Shown piece by piece: positions 9,058 through 18,355 of a stretch of 32,298 nucleotides of DNA (the stretch's first letter is position 1; every line of letters starts with the position of its first letter). The stretch spans positions 1 to 32,298 of the IMG/VR virus record IMGVR_UViG_3300037462_000297. One strand, 5' to 3'. The position numbers were made by a program, and so were the translations under genes. Origin of the DNA: a virus. Lineage: Duplodnaviria; Caudoviricetes. Under the pieces are notes generated by a model, which had not been told where the DNA came from, did no database searches, and saw nothing but the letters and a program-made list of their open reading frames with translations.

Positions 9058-9618
9058 ATGGCTTGTACCGAAGTTCAAATAGAATCAGCCGAGTATTGCG
9101 ATATCCGAGAGGATGAAATCGCAGGCTTAAAATCCACACTTGGAATCACGCTTCATCAGGATGTTCAAACTTACCCGACATGGACATCGGCGGCTGGTGC
9201 CGGATTAACTGCAATGGAGGCGTCTGTAACTGCATCGGGTGCTATCGTCATGAAAGCAACCAAAAAAACTTTTAAAATCCCCTGTATTTTTGAAACCGGC
9301 TCGATGACGATTCGACAAGAAGGTGGTGCTTTTGTAACTGAAGCAAAAATGCGTATCCAAAACACGCCTCATAATCTTGGTTTTATCAAGAATCTCAAAG
9401 GTCGTTTTTTAGCGAATGTTAACGAGGCTTGCGAAGGTGGTAAAACCTATCTCATCGGTCAATCAGATGGCATTTCGACGGGTTCTTTAGCAAAAGTAAA
9501 AAGAGGCTCTGTTCAGGTTGTTTCCGGAGAAAAATATGGTGATGAGAAGTACATCGAATTCATCATTGAGGCGAAACCTTACATGCCTGTTGTGTACGGT
9601 GGGGTAATCACTTATTAA
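9058..9618 (+). CDS. Major tail tube protein (putative)
   Basis: 186 aa, beta-rich (MAC...IAGL...YLIG...SGEKYGD); size and position fit a siphovirus tube subunit. Confidence 0.6.
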   Translation: MACTEVQIESAEYCDIREDEIAGLKSTLGITLHQDVQTYPTWTSAAGAGLTAMEASVTASGAIVMKATKKTFKIPCIFETGSMTIRQEGGAFVTEAKMRIQNTPHNLGFIKNLKGRFLANVNEACEGGKTYLIGQSDGISTGSLAKVKRGSVQVVSGEKYGDEKYIEFIIEAKPYMPVVYGGVITY

Positions 9619-9629
9619 TCCTTATTGAT

Positions 9630-9818
9630 ATGTCAAAGAAAACATCAATTTTGGACGGAAAATTTGAGGTTACAGCAGGCGTTGAGCATTTTCATTTTGA
9701 CTTTAAGGATTACTTAGTTTCAACACTAACAGTCCAAACGGCCAATGAATTAGCGGCAAAAAAATGCCCCCACGTAACCAAAATTACTCCTAAATCCACA
9801 CCCGAAAAGCCTGATTAG
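9630..9818 (+). CDS. Small hypothetical protein
   Basis: 62-aa ORF in operon context, followed by a terminator. Confidence 0.6.
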   Translation: MSKKTSILDGKFEVTAGVEHFHFDFKDYLVSTLTVQTANELAAKKCPHVTKITPKSTPEKPD

Positions 9819-9832
9819 TCAGGCTTTTTTTT
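9807..9832 (+). terminator. Intrinsic terminator
   Basis: AAAGCCTGAT-TA-GTCAGGCTTTTTTTT. Confidence 0.75.
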
Positions 9833-9841
9833 CTTAAAACT

Positions 9842-10522
9842 ATGTTCGAGTTAATTGACACATGGCTCAAATCTAATCGTGACTATTGGATAGGGGTTGA
9901 GCTGTATAACAGATTTGGGGATGACTTGTTCCTCAAATCGATGTTTGAAGAAGGTTTCGATGATTACAACGCTGAGCGGCTCGTTGAGGAACTTGAGACG
10001 CTTAAAAAAGGCATTCTCAATCGTACGATTGCACCTGTTTTTTCGGCTGAACACAAACCAAAAAATACCAAGTTGCCCAGCGAATCGGACGATGCTCCAG
10101 AGCCAGTGGTACAAAAAAGAAATCGCCGAAAATACTTATACGCAACATCAAGGGATGCTCATAGCCGATTGAAGGCCCTCGCAAAAATGCCTGAGCAACG
10201 TGAAGAGCGGGCGAAATTAGCATCTCTCATCCTTGATAACTTCGATGAAATCAAGCCGCTGTGGGATTATACGAATCACTATGACGAGTATAGAGAGCTG
10301 CCCAAACATACCGAATCTGTAGAGGTGAATCTTGAAACGCTTGATGTTGTAACGCTCAATAAAACTTATTTGACCGACTACAAGTACATCATGAAGTTTA
10401 AAAACGACCCTAAAAAGGTAGAGCTGGTGAAAGCTCGTATTAATCGAATCAATCAAATACAAACTATACTCGAAAAAGAAGATGCTTTTCTCCATGCAGG
10501 ACTTATCGTTCCATCAATTTGA
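9842..10522 (+). CDS. Helical hypothetical phage protein
   Basis: 226-aa ORF (WLKSNRDYWIGVELY), overlapping the next gene. Confidence 0.75.
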   Translation: MFELIDTWLKSNRDYWIGVELYNRFGDDLFLKSMFEEGFDDYNAERLVEELETLKKGILNRTIAPVFSAEHKPKNTKLPSESDDAPEPVVQKRNRRKYLYATSRDAHSRLKALAKMPEQREERAKLASLILDNFDEIKPLWDYTNHYDEYRELPKHTESVEVNLETLDVVTLNKTYLTDYKYIMKFKNDPKKVELVKARINRINQIQTILEKEDAFLHAGLIVPSI

Positions 10523-11033
10523 GAAGAATTATGATTTCAAATTTGAAGCTCATCAATCGGCGTACATAACACCAGATGAGCTAAATAAAATCGAGAGTCT
10601 AATATCACCCAACCACACAATTGAGTACGTGACGCACGGAGCGTGGTCCACCCATCACGTTCTTGAAAAAATACTTTATAAGACAGGCAAAGCCGATGTT
10701 ACGATTGCAACCTGGGCTGTCACAGAAAAACCGCTCAAAAAGTTGCACAAACTCAAAACTGAGGGCTACATCGGCGAGCTAAGTGGGCATTTTGAAGAAA
10801 AAATAGAAAAGCATCACGGCAAAGCTCTGGGTTTTGCAAAAATGATTTTCGATAATATTACCTATTCAAAATGTCACGCAAAAGTTATGTTGGTAGAAAA
10901 CCCGGAATGGAATATTTCTATCGTTTCGTCGTCAAATTGGACGACAAACAAGCGTACTGAAGTAGGCATTATCAATTGCTCAGACATGAGCGTAGAATTC
11001 CACAAAAAATGGATGAAAAACCAATTCCTGTAA
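10494..11033 (+). CDS. Phospholipase D-like (HKD-type) nuclease
   Basis: CHAKVMLV...SSSNWT...RTEVG resembles the PLD HxK...(G)SxN...E motif; start could be 10482 or 10494. Confidence 0.72.
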   Translation: MQDLSFHQFEKNYDFKFEAHQSAYITPDELNKIESLISPNHTIEYVTHGAWSTHHVLEKILYKTGKADVTIATWAVTEKPLKKLHKLKTEGYIGELSGHFEEKIEKHHGKALGFAKMIFDNITYSKCHAKVMLVENPEWNISIVSSSNWTTNKRTEVGIINCSDMSVEFHKKWMKNQFL

Positions 11034-11272
11034 AAGATGAATTCAGGCTGGAGCCTGAATTTCTTGGCAAATTATTATTCACCGACGATGAAGTTGAGCT
11101 GATGCTAACTGAATGCCCTATTGGTCTCAAAAATCAAGTTTTGAAAGGTCAGCTTATTACTCAGGCTGAAATCAGACACACAATTATTAGACAAGCTAAG
11201 GCAGGCTCTGCCGAAGCCCAAAAAATGACGGAAAAATGGATGCAAAGAATAAGAATAAACGCCTTGGATTAG
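11009..11272 (+). CDS. Small packaging-associated protein (terminase small subunit-like candidate)
   Basis: KGQLITQAEIRHTIIRQAKAGSAEAQK helical motif; two genes upstream of terL. Confidence 0.55.
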   Translation: MDEKPIPVKDEFRLEPEFLGKLLFTDDEVELMLTECPIGLKNQVLKGQLITQAEIRHTIIRQAKAGSAEAQKMTEKWMQRIRINALD

Positions 11273-11862
11273 ATACTGAGGTCGTTACACAACATACTGA
11301 GCTTGATGAACTCACAGAAATAATTCTTTCAAATCGAAAAGATTTTTTGATTTCGTCAAGTGTAGAACATCAAATCAAGATGATGCACAAATGCAGGGAT
11401 TTGTACGTAAAATATGGCTCAAGAATCAAGGTTGTTAAGAAATTAACTGCCGAGCATGGCATGAGCGAGTCATGGGCTTGGAAACTCGTAGATATAACTC
11501 CCAAACTATTTTCTCTCACGCTTCAGTCTATTACACGTGATTTTCATGTGGACATCCTACTTCAAGAAATCGCCGAAACACGCCAAATCGCAAAAGACAA
11601 TGGCGACGCCAAAACGATGGCAATGTGCGATGCCAACAAAGATAAGCTGATTGAAAAGTACATGGGTACGAAAGAGTTGATTGACCAAGAGAAATTGCAC
11701 CTTCCTGATGTCGAGCTTGGTTTTTATCCGCCTCAGTTATTTGAAAAAGTGCCTGATATTGGCTCTGATGAACTAAAAGCCATCGAAGCCGCCTTCAGAC
11801 GTAAAAAACACCGCAAAGAGGCCATGAATGCCATTGACATTGACCATGAAGTAGTAAAATAA
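11236..11862 (+). CDS. Putative terminase small subunit
   Basis: HTH-like VVKKLTAEHGMSESWAWKLV; immediately upstream of terL. Confidence 0.55.
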   Translation: MDAKNKNKRLGLDTEVVTQHTELDELTEIILSNRKDFLISSSVEHQIKMMHKCRDLYVKYGSRIKVVKKLTAEHGMSESWAWKLVDITPKLFSLTLQSITRDFHVDILLQEIAETRQIAKDNGDAKTMAMCDANKDKLIEKYMGTKELIDQEKLHLPDVELGFYPPQLFEKVPDIGSDELKAIEAAFRRKKHRKEAMNAIDIDHEVVK

Positions 11863-11870
11863 GAAAATCC

Positions 11871-13565
11871 ATGACCTTGAATAAAATACACCTACAACTT
11901 TTTGACGATAAACCAAATAGAGATTTGCCGAAACCTAAATCTCGAAAGGTCCATCGCAATCTACCGCAGATTCGAGTCGCTCTCGTCAATGCACCGCTTA
12001 CTGTCGCACAATTCGGTCGAGGAACTGGAAAAACAAGGGGTGTCTCGGCTCCTTGGATATATGACCGAGCGAAGAAAATGCCCCGTTCTACGGGCTTTAT
12101 GCTATCTCTATCTTATGCCCACTTAATAGATACCATCATTCCTGAATTGCAACAGGGCTGGGCAGATTATGGCTTAGAAGAAGGTGTGCATTATTGGGTG
12201 CGAGAAACGCCGCCGGAAGCTCTCAAAATACCTAAACCTTATTTGGCAGTCGATAACCCAAAATATTTCATTTTTTGGGTTAATGGCAGCGTTACCAAGT
12301 TAGTATCGCTCGACCGAAAGGCAATGGTAAACTCAAAATCATTCGACTACGGATGTGTATTTGAGGGCAGAAAGCTGAATGGTCAAACCATTACCGATGA
12401 TGTTTTCCCTACGCTGAGGGGTGGAACAACCAACTTATTACCCAACGGGAAAACATTTGGTTCGCTGGTTGAACACCACTCGAAACTTATCGAATCTGAT
12501 GCTCCACGTGATGTGAGAGGTCGATGGTTTCTGAATTACCAAAAAGAAATGGATGTTGAAACGGTGAATAACATTCTTGCTATTCAAAAGTATGTTTCAA
12601 CCCTGCGAAAAGCCCCGAAAAAGAACGCAAAGCTCATTCAGGAATGTGAAGACCTGATGAATGAAATGCGTTATGACCTCGTGTATTATGCAAAGGCATC
12701 AAGTCTTGATAACATACACATATTGGGTATTCGCACACTAAAGGAATGGAGAAAAGTCTTAACTGATATAGATTGGAATATTTCAATTCTTAACGAAGAA
12801 ATGGGCGAAGTGGCTAACTGTTTCTATTCAGCTCTTGATGATGTGAAACACGGCTACGTTGATGCTATTGATTATGATTACGTTGATAAGTTGAGTGGTA
12901 AGCTAAAGCACAATTGGGAATGGGATTTAGATATTGATTATGAATTACCTTTCGATATATCAATGGATTGCAACGCTATCCATAACTGTATAGTCGTAGG
13001 TCAAAGAAGCGAAGCTGAACGTAAGTTTATCAACTACTTTTCTTGCATGTCAGAGCCAAAGAACCCAACAGACCACAAAACCGTAGCTAATATGTTTGTA
13101 GATTATTATAGAGGATGCCCCAACAATAAGGTGCGGTTAATCTATAACAATACAATGGTTGCTGGTGAGCGAGCGGGCTTGAAAACAAAAGCAGATGATA
13201 TGTATGAGCTGCTAACTGAGGAGGGCTTCGATGTAGAAAGAATATATGTAGGGCAAGCAATGAAACATGAAGACTTGTATGACCAATGGCTAAAACTTTT
13301 AACTAATGAGCTTGATTTTCGCTTTTCCTACAACCGAAACAACTGCGAAATATGGTATGATGCAAGTAAGGACACCCCCACCCTTGTTTCTGATACCAAA
13401 AAGGGGCAGCAAATTAAGAAAGATAAACGCTCTGAACACCCCAACAGCGGTATATCTCCCATCTATGCGACTCACCCCACCGAAGCGGGTGATACATTGC
13501 TACAATACGATTTATACCATTATTCAAGTGGTTCAACTTCTTATTACGGTATAGTTTCCGCATAA
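11871..13565 (+). CDS. terL: Terminase large subunit
   Basis: Walker A GRGTGKT; C-terminal RNase H-like acidic motifs (ISMDCN, HPTEAGD); 564 aa. Confidence 0.88.
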   Translation: MTLNKIHLQLFDDKPNRDLPKPKSRKVHRNLPQIRVALVNAPLTVAQFGRGTGKTRGVSAPWIYDRAKKMPRSTGFMLSLSYAHLIDTIIPELQQGWADYGLEEGVHYWVRETPPEALKIPKPYLAVDNPKYFIFWVNGSVTKLVSLDRKAMVNSKSFDYGCVFEGRKLNGQTITDDVFPTLRGGTTNLLPNGKTFGSLVEHHSKLIESDAPRDVRGRWFLNYQKEMDVETVNNILAIQKYVSTLRKAPKKNAKLIQECEDLMNEMRYDLVYYAKASSLDNIHILGIRTLKEWRKVLTDIDWNISILNEEMGEVANCFYSALDDVKHGYVDAIDYDYVDKLSGKLKHNWEWDLDIDYELPFDISMDCNAIHNCIVVGQRSEAERKFINYFSCMSEPKNPTDHKTVANMFVDYYRGCPNNKVRLIYNNTMVAGERAGLKTKADDMYELLTEEGFDVERIYVGQAMKHEDLYDQWLKLLTNELDFRFSYNRNNCEIWYDASKDTPTLVSDTKKGQQIKKDKRSEHPNSGISPIYATHPTEAGDTLLQYDLYHYSSGSTSYYGIVSA

Positions 13566-13593
13566 TCTTTTCAATCCAAAATTTGCCCCCACC

Positions 13594-13743
13594 GTGAGGA
13601 ACAAAACAAAATTTGTTCCTCACATATCGTGTTTTTTTGTTGGCGTTCGCCAAAACAGAATAGGGCGTTCGCAACGTACTTGAACGTATATTCAATTTTT
13701 AAAATTTTGTGAAATCTGATTTAACTAACTGAAAATCAGATTT
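13594..13743. repeat. Cluster of inverted and direct repeats downstream of terL
   Basis: 12-bp IR GTGAGGAACAAA/TTTGTTCCTCAC (13594-13623); direct repeat GGCGTTCGC (13642, 13664); 11-bp IR AAATCTGATTT/AAATCAGATTT (13712-13743). Confidence 0.7.
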
Positions 13744-13770
13744 TTATGTGAAAATTTTTTACATTTTTTA

Positions 13771-13800
13771 TTGTTTTTTCACCAAATTTTCGTATTTTTA
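13771..13800 (+). promoter_or_regulatory. Host-type (Bacteroidota housekeeping sigma) promoter
   Basis: TTG-N19-TATTTTTA, close to the -33 TTG / -7 TAnnTTTG consensus, in an AT-rich tract upstream of ORF 13890. Confidence 0.5.
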
Positions 13801-13889
13801 TATATCGAAAGTCACGCAAAACATGCTCGTAACATGGTGATTTTAGATAAAAAATCAATTTTATAACACATTTTTAACATCAAACGACA

Positions 13890-14324
13890 ATGCAAAAAAC
13901 AGTAACCGCTCCAAAGGCGACAAACACGCCTACTATTGCCCCAGCTGAAACAAAGGTTTTGGCAACTACTACAAACAACCAAACGCCAGCCGTAACCACC
14001 CCCGACCAGGTGCAAGCCTCAAAACCCGAAGAACCGAAGGTTTTGCCAAAGGCAAAAACTTTGCAGGAGTTAAACGAAAAGTTAAAAAAGGCTAATTCAA
14101 AAGTCGAATTCTACAATGAGTTTTGCACGAAACTTGAAAGGGCTGAAAACTTTTTCAGCCGTTTGGATGGGTCGGGTCTTCATTTGATTATTTCTAATCA
14201 ACAAGGTCACGAATTACATTTCACAAATCAAAGTATGATTACTGATTTTATTGCTAATGCTATTGAGCAGGGCAAGGAAGCAAAGGGAAAAATGGAAGTC
14301 GAACTCTTAATGATGGAGTTTTAA
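13890..14324 (+). CDS. Accessory hypothetical protein (T/P/A-rich N-terminus plus coiled coil)
   Basis: 144-aa ORF with its own candidate promoter, inserted between terL and the portal operon. Confidence 0.75.
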   Translation: MQKTVTAPKATNTPTIAPAETKVLATTTNNQTPAVTTPDQVQASKPEEPKVLPKAKTLQELNEKLKKANSKVEFYNEFCTKLERAENFFSRLDGSGLHLIISNQQGHELHFTNQSMITDFIANAIEQGKEAKGKMEVELLMMEF

Positions 14325-14468
14325 GCAAAAAAACGCCCTTAGACGCTCGTAACGGCTAAGGGCTAACACATCTATTTTCTAACGATTAAAAAACAGAGAG
14401 ACGAATTTATGCAAAAATCTCGTAAACTAAGAGTTTACGGCAAAATAAAGTTTTGCCCTAACTCAAAA

Positions 14469-14636
14469 ATGGATTTAGTAAATGCACTTATTGCCGCTCA
14501 TAACTATTCAGTAAAAACGGCAGAAAATGAAATTAAAGAAATGAGAAACCGAGTTTTGGAAGACTTGGAAGACCCCGAGGAAATTTTAAACGAATACGGT
14601 TTAGAACCAGATTACATATTTGATTTATTATTTTAA
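14469..14636 (+). CDS. Small acidic hypothetical protein
   Basis: MDLVNALIAAH...EDLEDPEEILNEYGLEPDYIFDLLF; alternative start at 14409. Confidence 0.65.
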   Translation: MDLVNALIAAHNYSVKTAENEIKEMRNRVLEDLEDPEEILNEYGLEPDYIFDLLF

Positions 14637-14816
14637 TTTCTTCTAATTTCAACCGTTAAACTCTACTAAGTTGGTAGGGTTTTCGGCGGCCGTGCTGGGT
14701 AGGCATCGCCTCAATTAAAGTTATTTTCCCACCGCTTTTCCTTCGCACAAAACAACCTTAATTGTGTAGATGCCCTGGGGTAGCAATCAGAACTATCCGA
14801 ACTTCTCTCTCTCTAT

Positions 14817-14852
14817 TGTCCTTTCTGCCGATTTTTAGCACCCGTAAATTCG
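14817..14852 (+). promoter_or_regulatory. Candidate phage late promoter, copy 3
   Basis: TGTCCTTT-N20-TAAATTCG-N4-ATG (14857); same geometry as copy 2. Confidence 0.6.
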
Positions 14853-14856
14853 TGCT

Positions 14857-15225
14857 ATGGCAACAATATTTTTATCTGAGGTAAGAACTCAAATTGAAAA
14901 TTTTGATAAACGTGGTAATCCTATTCCTTTTTCGATATCGGTCGTTACGTATGACCGAAAGAAAAAAACTGGAGGCGATATCATCACGTTCGATTGTGCT
15001 ATCAAGTTTACGAACCTTGATAGGCATTCGCCATTTTTGGGCCTCAATAACCCGCTCCGTGAGGCTACGCCTCGGAATCCTAATCATTTCAAAAATCAGA
15101 CTGTCAATCTTGCCATCTTGGCTAAGGATGAAAAATCTGGGAAAACGTATTTTACTGGTAATATCGCCAAAATTCACACACGACTAATTCTCGAATTCAA
15201 TGGACGTGAAGTTATCTGGGACTAA
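14857..15225 (+). CDS. Hypothetical phage protein upstream of the portal gene
   Basis: 122-aa ORF (PFSISVVTYDRKKKTGG...RNPNH...EFNG), overlapping the portal gene. Confidence 0.75.
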   Translation: MATIFLSEVRTQIENFDKRGNPIPFSISVVTYDRKKKTGGDIITFDCAIKFTNLDRHSPFLGLNNPLREATPRNPNHFKNQTVNLAILAKDEKSGKTYFTGNIAKIHTRLILEFNGREVIWD

Positions 15226-16564
15226 AAAAGGCTCATTTGAAATAGAAGTTATTGCTGATGACAATCAAGTTTATCAAGCTACGCTTAGCACAAAAAATAA
15301 GGGCGTGCCTGAGCCGCTAACGCCTAAAAAAACCGAAACACTTCAGCAGGATAAGGTGGCATTATGGGGTGATGATAACCAATTTCCAAATATTTGGGAA
15401 GCCCAAGTTGAAGCTAATGACATCTTAATTGATGCCGTAGAGAAGGAAATCGACCGTATTTATGCGGGTGGAATTGAAGTCGGCTACGAAGAGGTTGTGG
15501 ATGGCGAAAGACATTTTGTGTCTTGGATATCGCCCGAAATCGAAGACTGGCTCCACCATCCAATCACCGAAAATGCCTATGAGCAGACTATCCGTGATTA
15601 TGTGATTCATCGTTTGCCAGCTCCTGAATTGATTTTTGATTCGGCAAAAATCAGGTGTTTACACATTTCGGGTCAAAAAGCTCAAAATCTGCGTTGGCAG
15701 ATACAAAATGAATCGGGCGTTGTAGAAAATGCGTACATCAATGCCAACTGGCATTTGTCACGCCGCTCTGATAGTCCTGATAGCATCACCGTTCCGGTTA
15801 TCGACCCGCTCATTCACGGAATTGAGGTCATTCGTAAAGAAAAATATACAAATTACATCTACCGAACACCGATTGCAACGGGTAGAACATACTATCCACT
15901 TACACCCGCTTATGCTGCGGTTACATCGCACTCGGTGGAGATATATTCATTGACGAATGAAACGCTCAAGTCAATTATCAAAAACCAGATGACCGTCAAA
16001 TACCATATCGAGGTAGATAGGTCATATTTTGAGGAGAAGTACAAAGAGAAGTGGACAAAATCTAAACCTGACGAGCGTAATGCAATCATAAAAGAAGAAC
16101 TTGAAATATTTAACAAAATGCTTCATGGAACTTTGGCGGCTGGGCGAAATGTGATGACGATTAAGGAAATCAATCACAAAATAGGGGCAAACGGCACAGA
16201 ATACTCACTTTGGAAAATCACAGAATTGAAAGGAAACGTATTCGACAAATCTTACATAGAGCTTCTAAGTGAGGTTAGAGGCAATATCCAACGAGCTGTC
16301 GGTATAGACCCAACTTTGCAAGGCTCAACAAAGTCGGGCATGGGTGCAGGTAGTGGCTCCGATAAACGAGAGGCATTTAATATCAAGATGAATACCGCAA
16401 CCCGCCACGTAACGAATATCCAATCGCCGTTTTATTGGGCGATGCGGTTTAACGGCTGGAAAGCTCCTAACGGTGGACGTATTTTGCTCCGCTCGATTGT
16501 ACCGAATCTTCAGACACTTAACGATGTTGCACCCGACAAGCGTGACACCACAATGAATAAATAA
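15200..16564 (+). CDS. Portal protein (putative)
   Basis: 454 aa; WGDDNQFP, RTYYP and GAGSGSDKREAF motifs recalled from Bacteroidota prophage portals; position after terL. Confidence 0.75.
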   Translation: MDVKLSGTKKGSFEIEVIADDNQVYQATLSTKNKGVPEPLTPKKTETLQQDKVALWGDDNQFPNIWEAQVEANDILIDAVEKEIDRIYAGGIEVGYEEVVDGERHFVSWISPEIEDWLHHPITENAYEQTIRDYVIHRLPAPELIFDSAKIRCLHISGQKAQNLRWQIQNESGVVENAYINANWHLSRRSDSPDSITVPVIDPLIHGIEVIRKEKYTNYIYRTPIATGRTYYPLTPAYAAVTSHSVEIYSLTNETLKSIIKNQMTVKYHIEVDRSYFEEKYKEKWTKSKPDERNAIIKEELEIFNKMLHGTLAAGRNVMTIKEINHKIGANGTEYSLWKITELKGNVFDKSYIELLSEVRGNIQRAVGIDPTLQGSTKSGMGAGSGSDKREAFNIKMNTATRHVTNIQSPFYWAMRFNGWKAPNGGRILLRSIVPNLQTLNDVAPDKRDTTMNK

Positions 16565-16565
16565 C

Positions 16566-17528
16566 ATGGCTATTTTCGCTAATGAAGCCGATTTTGTGCA
16601 ATCCTGCCCAGTCAATCTCGGCTCGGTATTTAAAAACATGAAGCAGGACATTGAGCTTGCCGCAGATACTTACGTGTTTCCGTACTGCTCAAAAGAGCAA
16701 TACGAAGACATCAAAAACTCTCAGAATGCAAAGGCGATTGAGTATGTAAGATTACTCAAGCTCAGCACGGCATACCTTGCTTTGCACTTGTATATGCCTA
16801 TCGGCAAGTCTGAAATCAGCTCTCAAGGAATTGTTCAGGTTGTAACCGAAGGCAAGAAACAGGCATCGGCTGAAGACAAAGAAGACCTGAGTTTGTCGAG
16901 CAAGGCAAAAGGGTTGATGTACCTCGAAATGCTTCTCGCTCATCTTGAAAAAAATGACGCTTTTTTTGAAATCTGGAAACAGTCTGATTCTTACAGCCGC
17001 TACACAAAATATTTAGTAAGAAGTGCCGATGAATTTCGACTTATCGAAGGCAAAAGGCACGTTTTCATGGGTTTGCAAAGCTATATCGAGGACGTCGAGT
17101 TTGAGATTATCGAGGGGCTTATTCCCGATAATATCCTTTATAAACTCTATTCGAGAGAGTTTGGCAACGACCCAAATATCAAAAAAATTTACGAAGAGCT
17201 GCTCACCAAGTATGTGCAGCCAGTGGTTGCGAGCTTGGCACTTGCACGGGCGATATCGGCAATGGCAATTGTGCGGGATTCGTACAATACACTGACTGTT
17301 TTTGATGACACCAGGGCAGGAAAGAGCCGGGGGCTGAAAGAAGCTCCGACCAACAAGCTCGACCGATGGCAAGCCGACCTTGAGAGAAGGGGAAATACAC
17401 GCTTGAGCATGATTAAGGCTTATTTACAAAAGTATGCTACCGAGCTTCAATACATTGCACCAAACGCCGAGAATGAGACGATTCCGTTCAGGAATGAGGA
17501 CTATTTCAACACAATATTCTTAGGATGA
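16566..17528 (+). CDS. Head-tail adaptor-like protein (DUF6712-like)
   Basis: Helical protein with two similar halves, directly after the portal gene. Confidence 0.55.
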   Translation: MAIFANEADFVQSCPVNLGSVFKNMKQDIELAADTYVFPYCSKEQYEDIKNSQNAKAIEYVRLLKLSTAYLALHLYMPIGKSEISSQGIVQVVTEGKKQASAEDKEDLSLSSKAKGLMYLEMLLAHLEKNDAFFEIWKQSDSYSRYTKYLVRSADEFRLIEGKRHVFMGLQSYIEDVEFEIIEGLIPDNILYKLYSREFGNDPNIKKIYEELLTKYVQPVVASLALARAISAMAIVRDSYNTLTVFDDTRAGKSRGLKEAPTNKLDRWQADLERRGNTRLSMIKAYLQKYATELQYIAPNAENETIPFRNEDYFNTIFLG

Positions 17529-18355
17529 TTGTAATAACCAACGAAAAAGAATTGTTCGTTGAATTTCCTCAGAATTTCAACGAGTGTACGAGCGAGCAGC
17601 TAACAGCTCTTAAAGAACTGATAGCTCAGTCCGAAATCACCATGCCCGAATTTGCTATTCGGTGGGCTCAGCTATGCTGCGAGCCTGATGAGTTTCAGCT
17701 CATTGTTAGCTCGTTTGCGGAGAGTGAAACTGCTGAAGCATTTCAGATGATTGCTGAGCATATATTACAATCGACGGATTTGGTTATGCAAAAAATACCA
17801 GAATTACTGATTGAAACTAACAACCTGGGCGAACGAAAAATTAGGCGATTGGTTGGTCCTGAGAATTATCTCGGCAACATTACCTACGGGCAATTTATTG
17901 ATGCTGACGAGCAATTTTGGTTGTATCACAAAACCAAAAAAGAAGAGCATCTAAATAAGCTCGTAGCGGTTTTGTACCGCCCAGTAACCGAGCAGCTCTA
18001 TGAAGGGCGGGCAAAAGATGGGCTGATTCACGAGAGAATCGGCAAGCAGATTCCGATTGAGATAAGGCAAACTATCCTTGATTTCTACATCGGATGCAGA
18101 AATTTTATAGCTGCTCGATTTGAGCATGTTTTTCCGAAGTCTGATAAGCCAAAAAAGGAAATTCTATTCTCTGAAATCAAGAATATGCGAGAGGCTTTCA
18201 ACACTCAAATGATTGTATTTGCCGAATCGCCGGACAGAAAAATATCGGTCTATCAGACCAATGCTTATACAGTACTGGAATTTATTAACCACCGAATTGC
18301 CGAATACAAGCAACGCAAAAAAGACTTAGAAAATGCCAAAAATAAGCCAATATAA
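17525..18355 (+). CDS. Hypothetical protein (tail assembly chaperone candidate)
   Basis: ATGA-coupled; ITYGQFIDAD...LNKLVAVLYRP; function inferred from synteny only. Confidence 0.6.
   Translation: MIVITNEKELFVEFPQNFNECTSEQLTALKELIAQSEITMPEFAIRWAQLCCEPDEFQLIVSSFAESETAEAFQMIAEHILQSTDLVMQKIPELLIETNNLGERKIRRLVGPENYLGNITYGQFIDADEQFWLYHKTKKEEHLNKLVAVLYRPVTEQLYEGRAKDGLIHERIGKQIPIEIRQTILDFYIGCRNFIAARFEHVFPKSDKPKKEILFSEIKNMREAFNTQMIVFAESPDRKISVYQTNAYTVLEFINHRIAEYKQRKKDLENAKNKPI

Noticed and set aside
9630-9818. Programmed -1 frameshift for a tail assembly chaperone after the tail tube gene
   Set aside because: An A-run is present, but a terminator follows and there is no convincing extended frame
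14804-14814. (CT)n tract upstream of late-motif copy 3 as a phase-variation switch
   Set aside because: Only about five units long and outside the motif spacer, so too short to support
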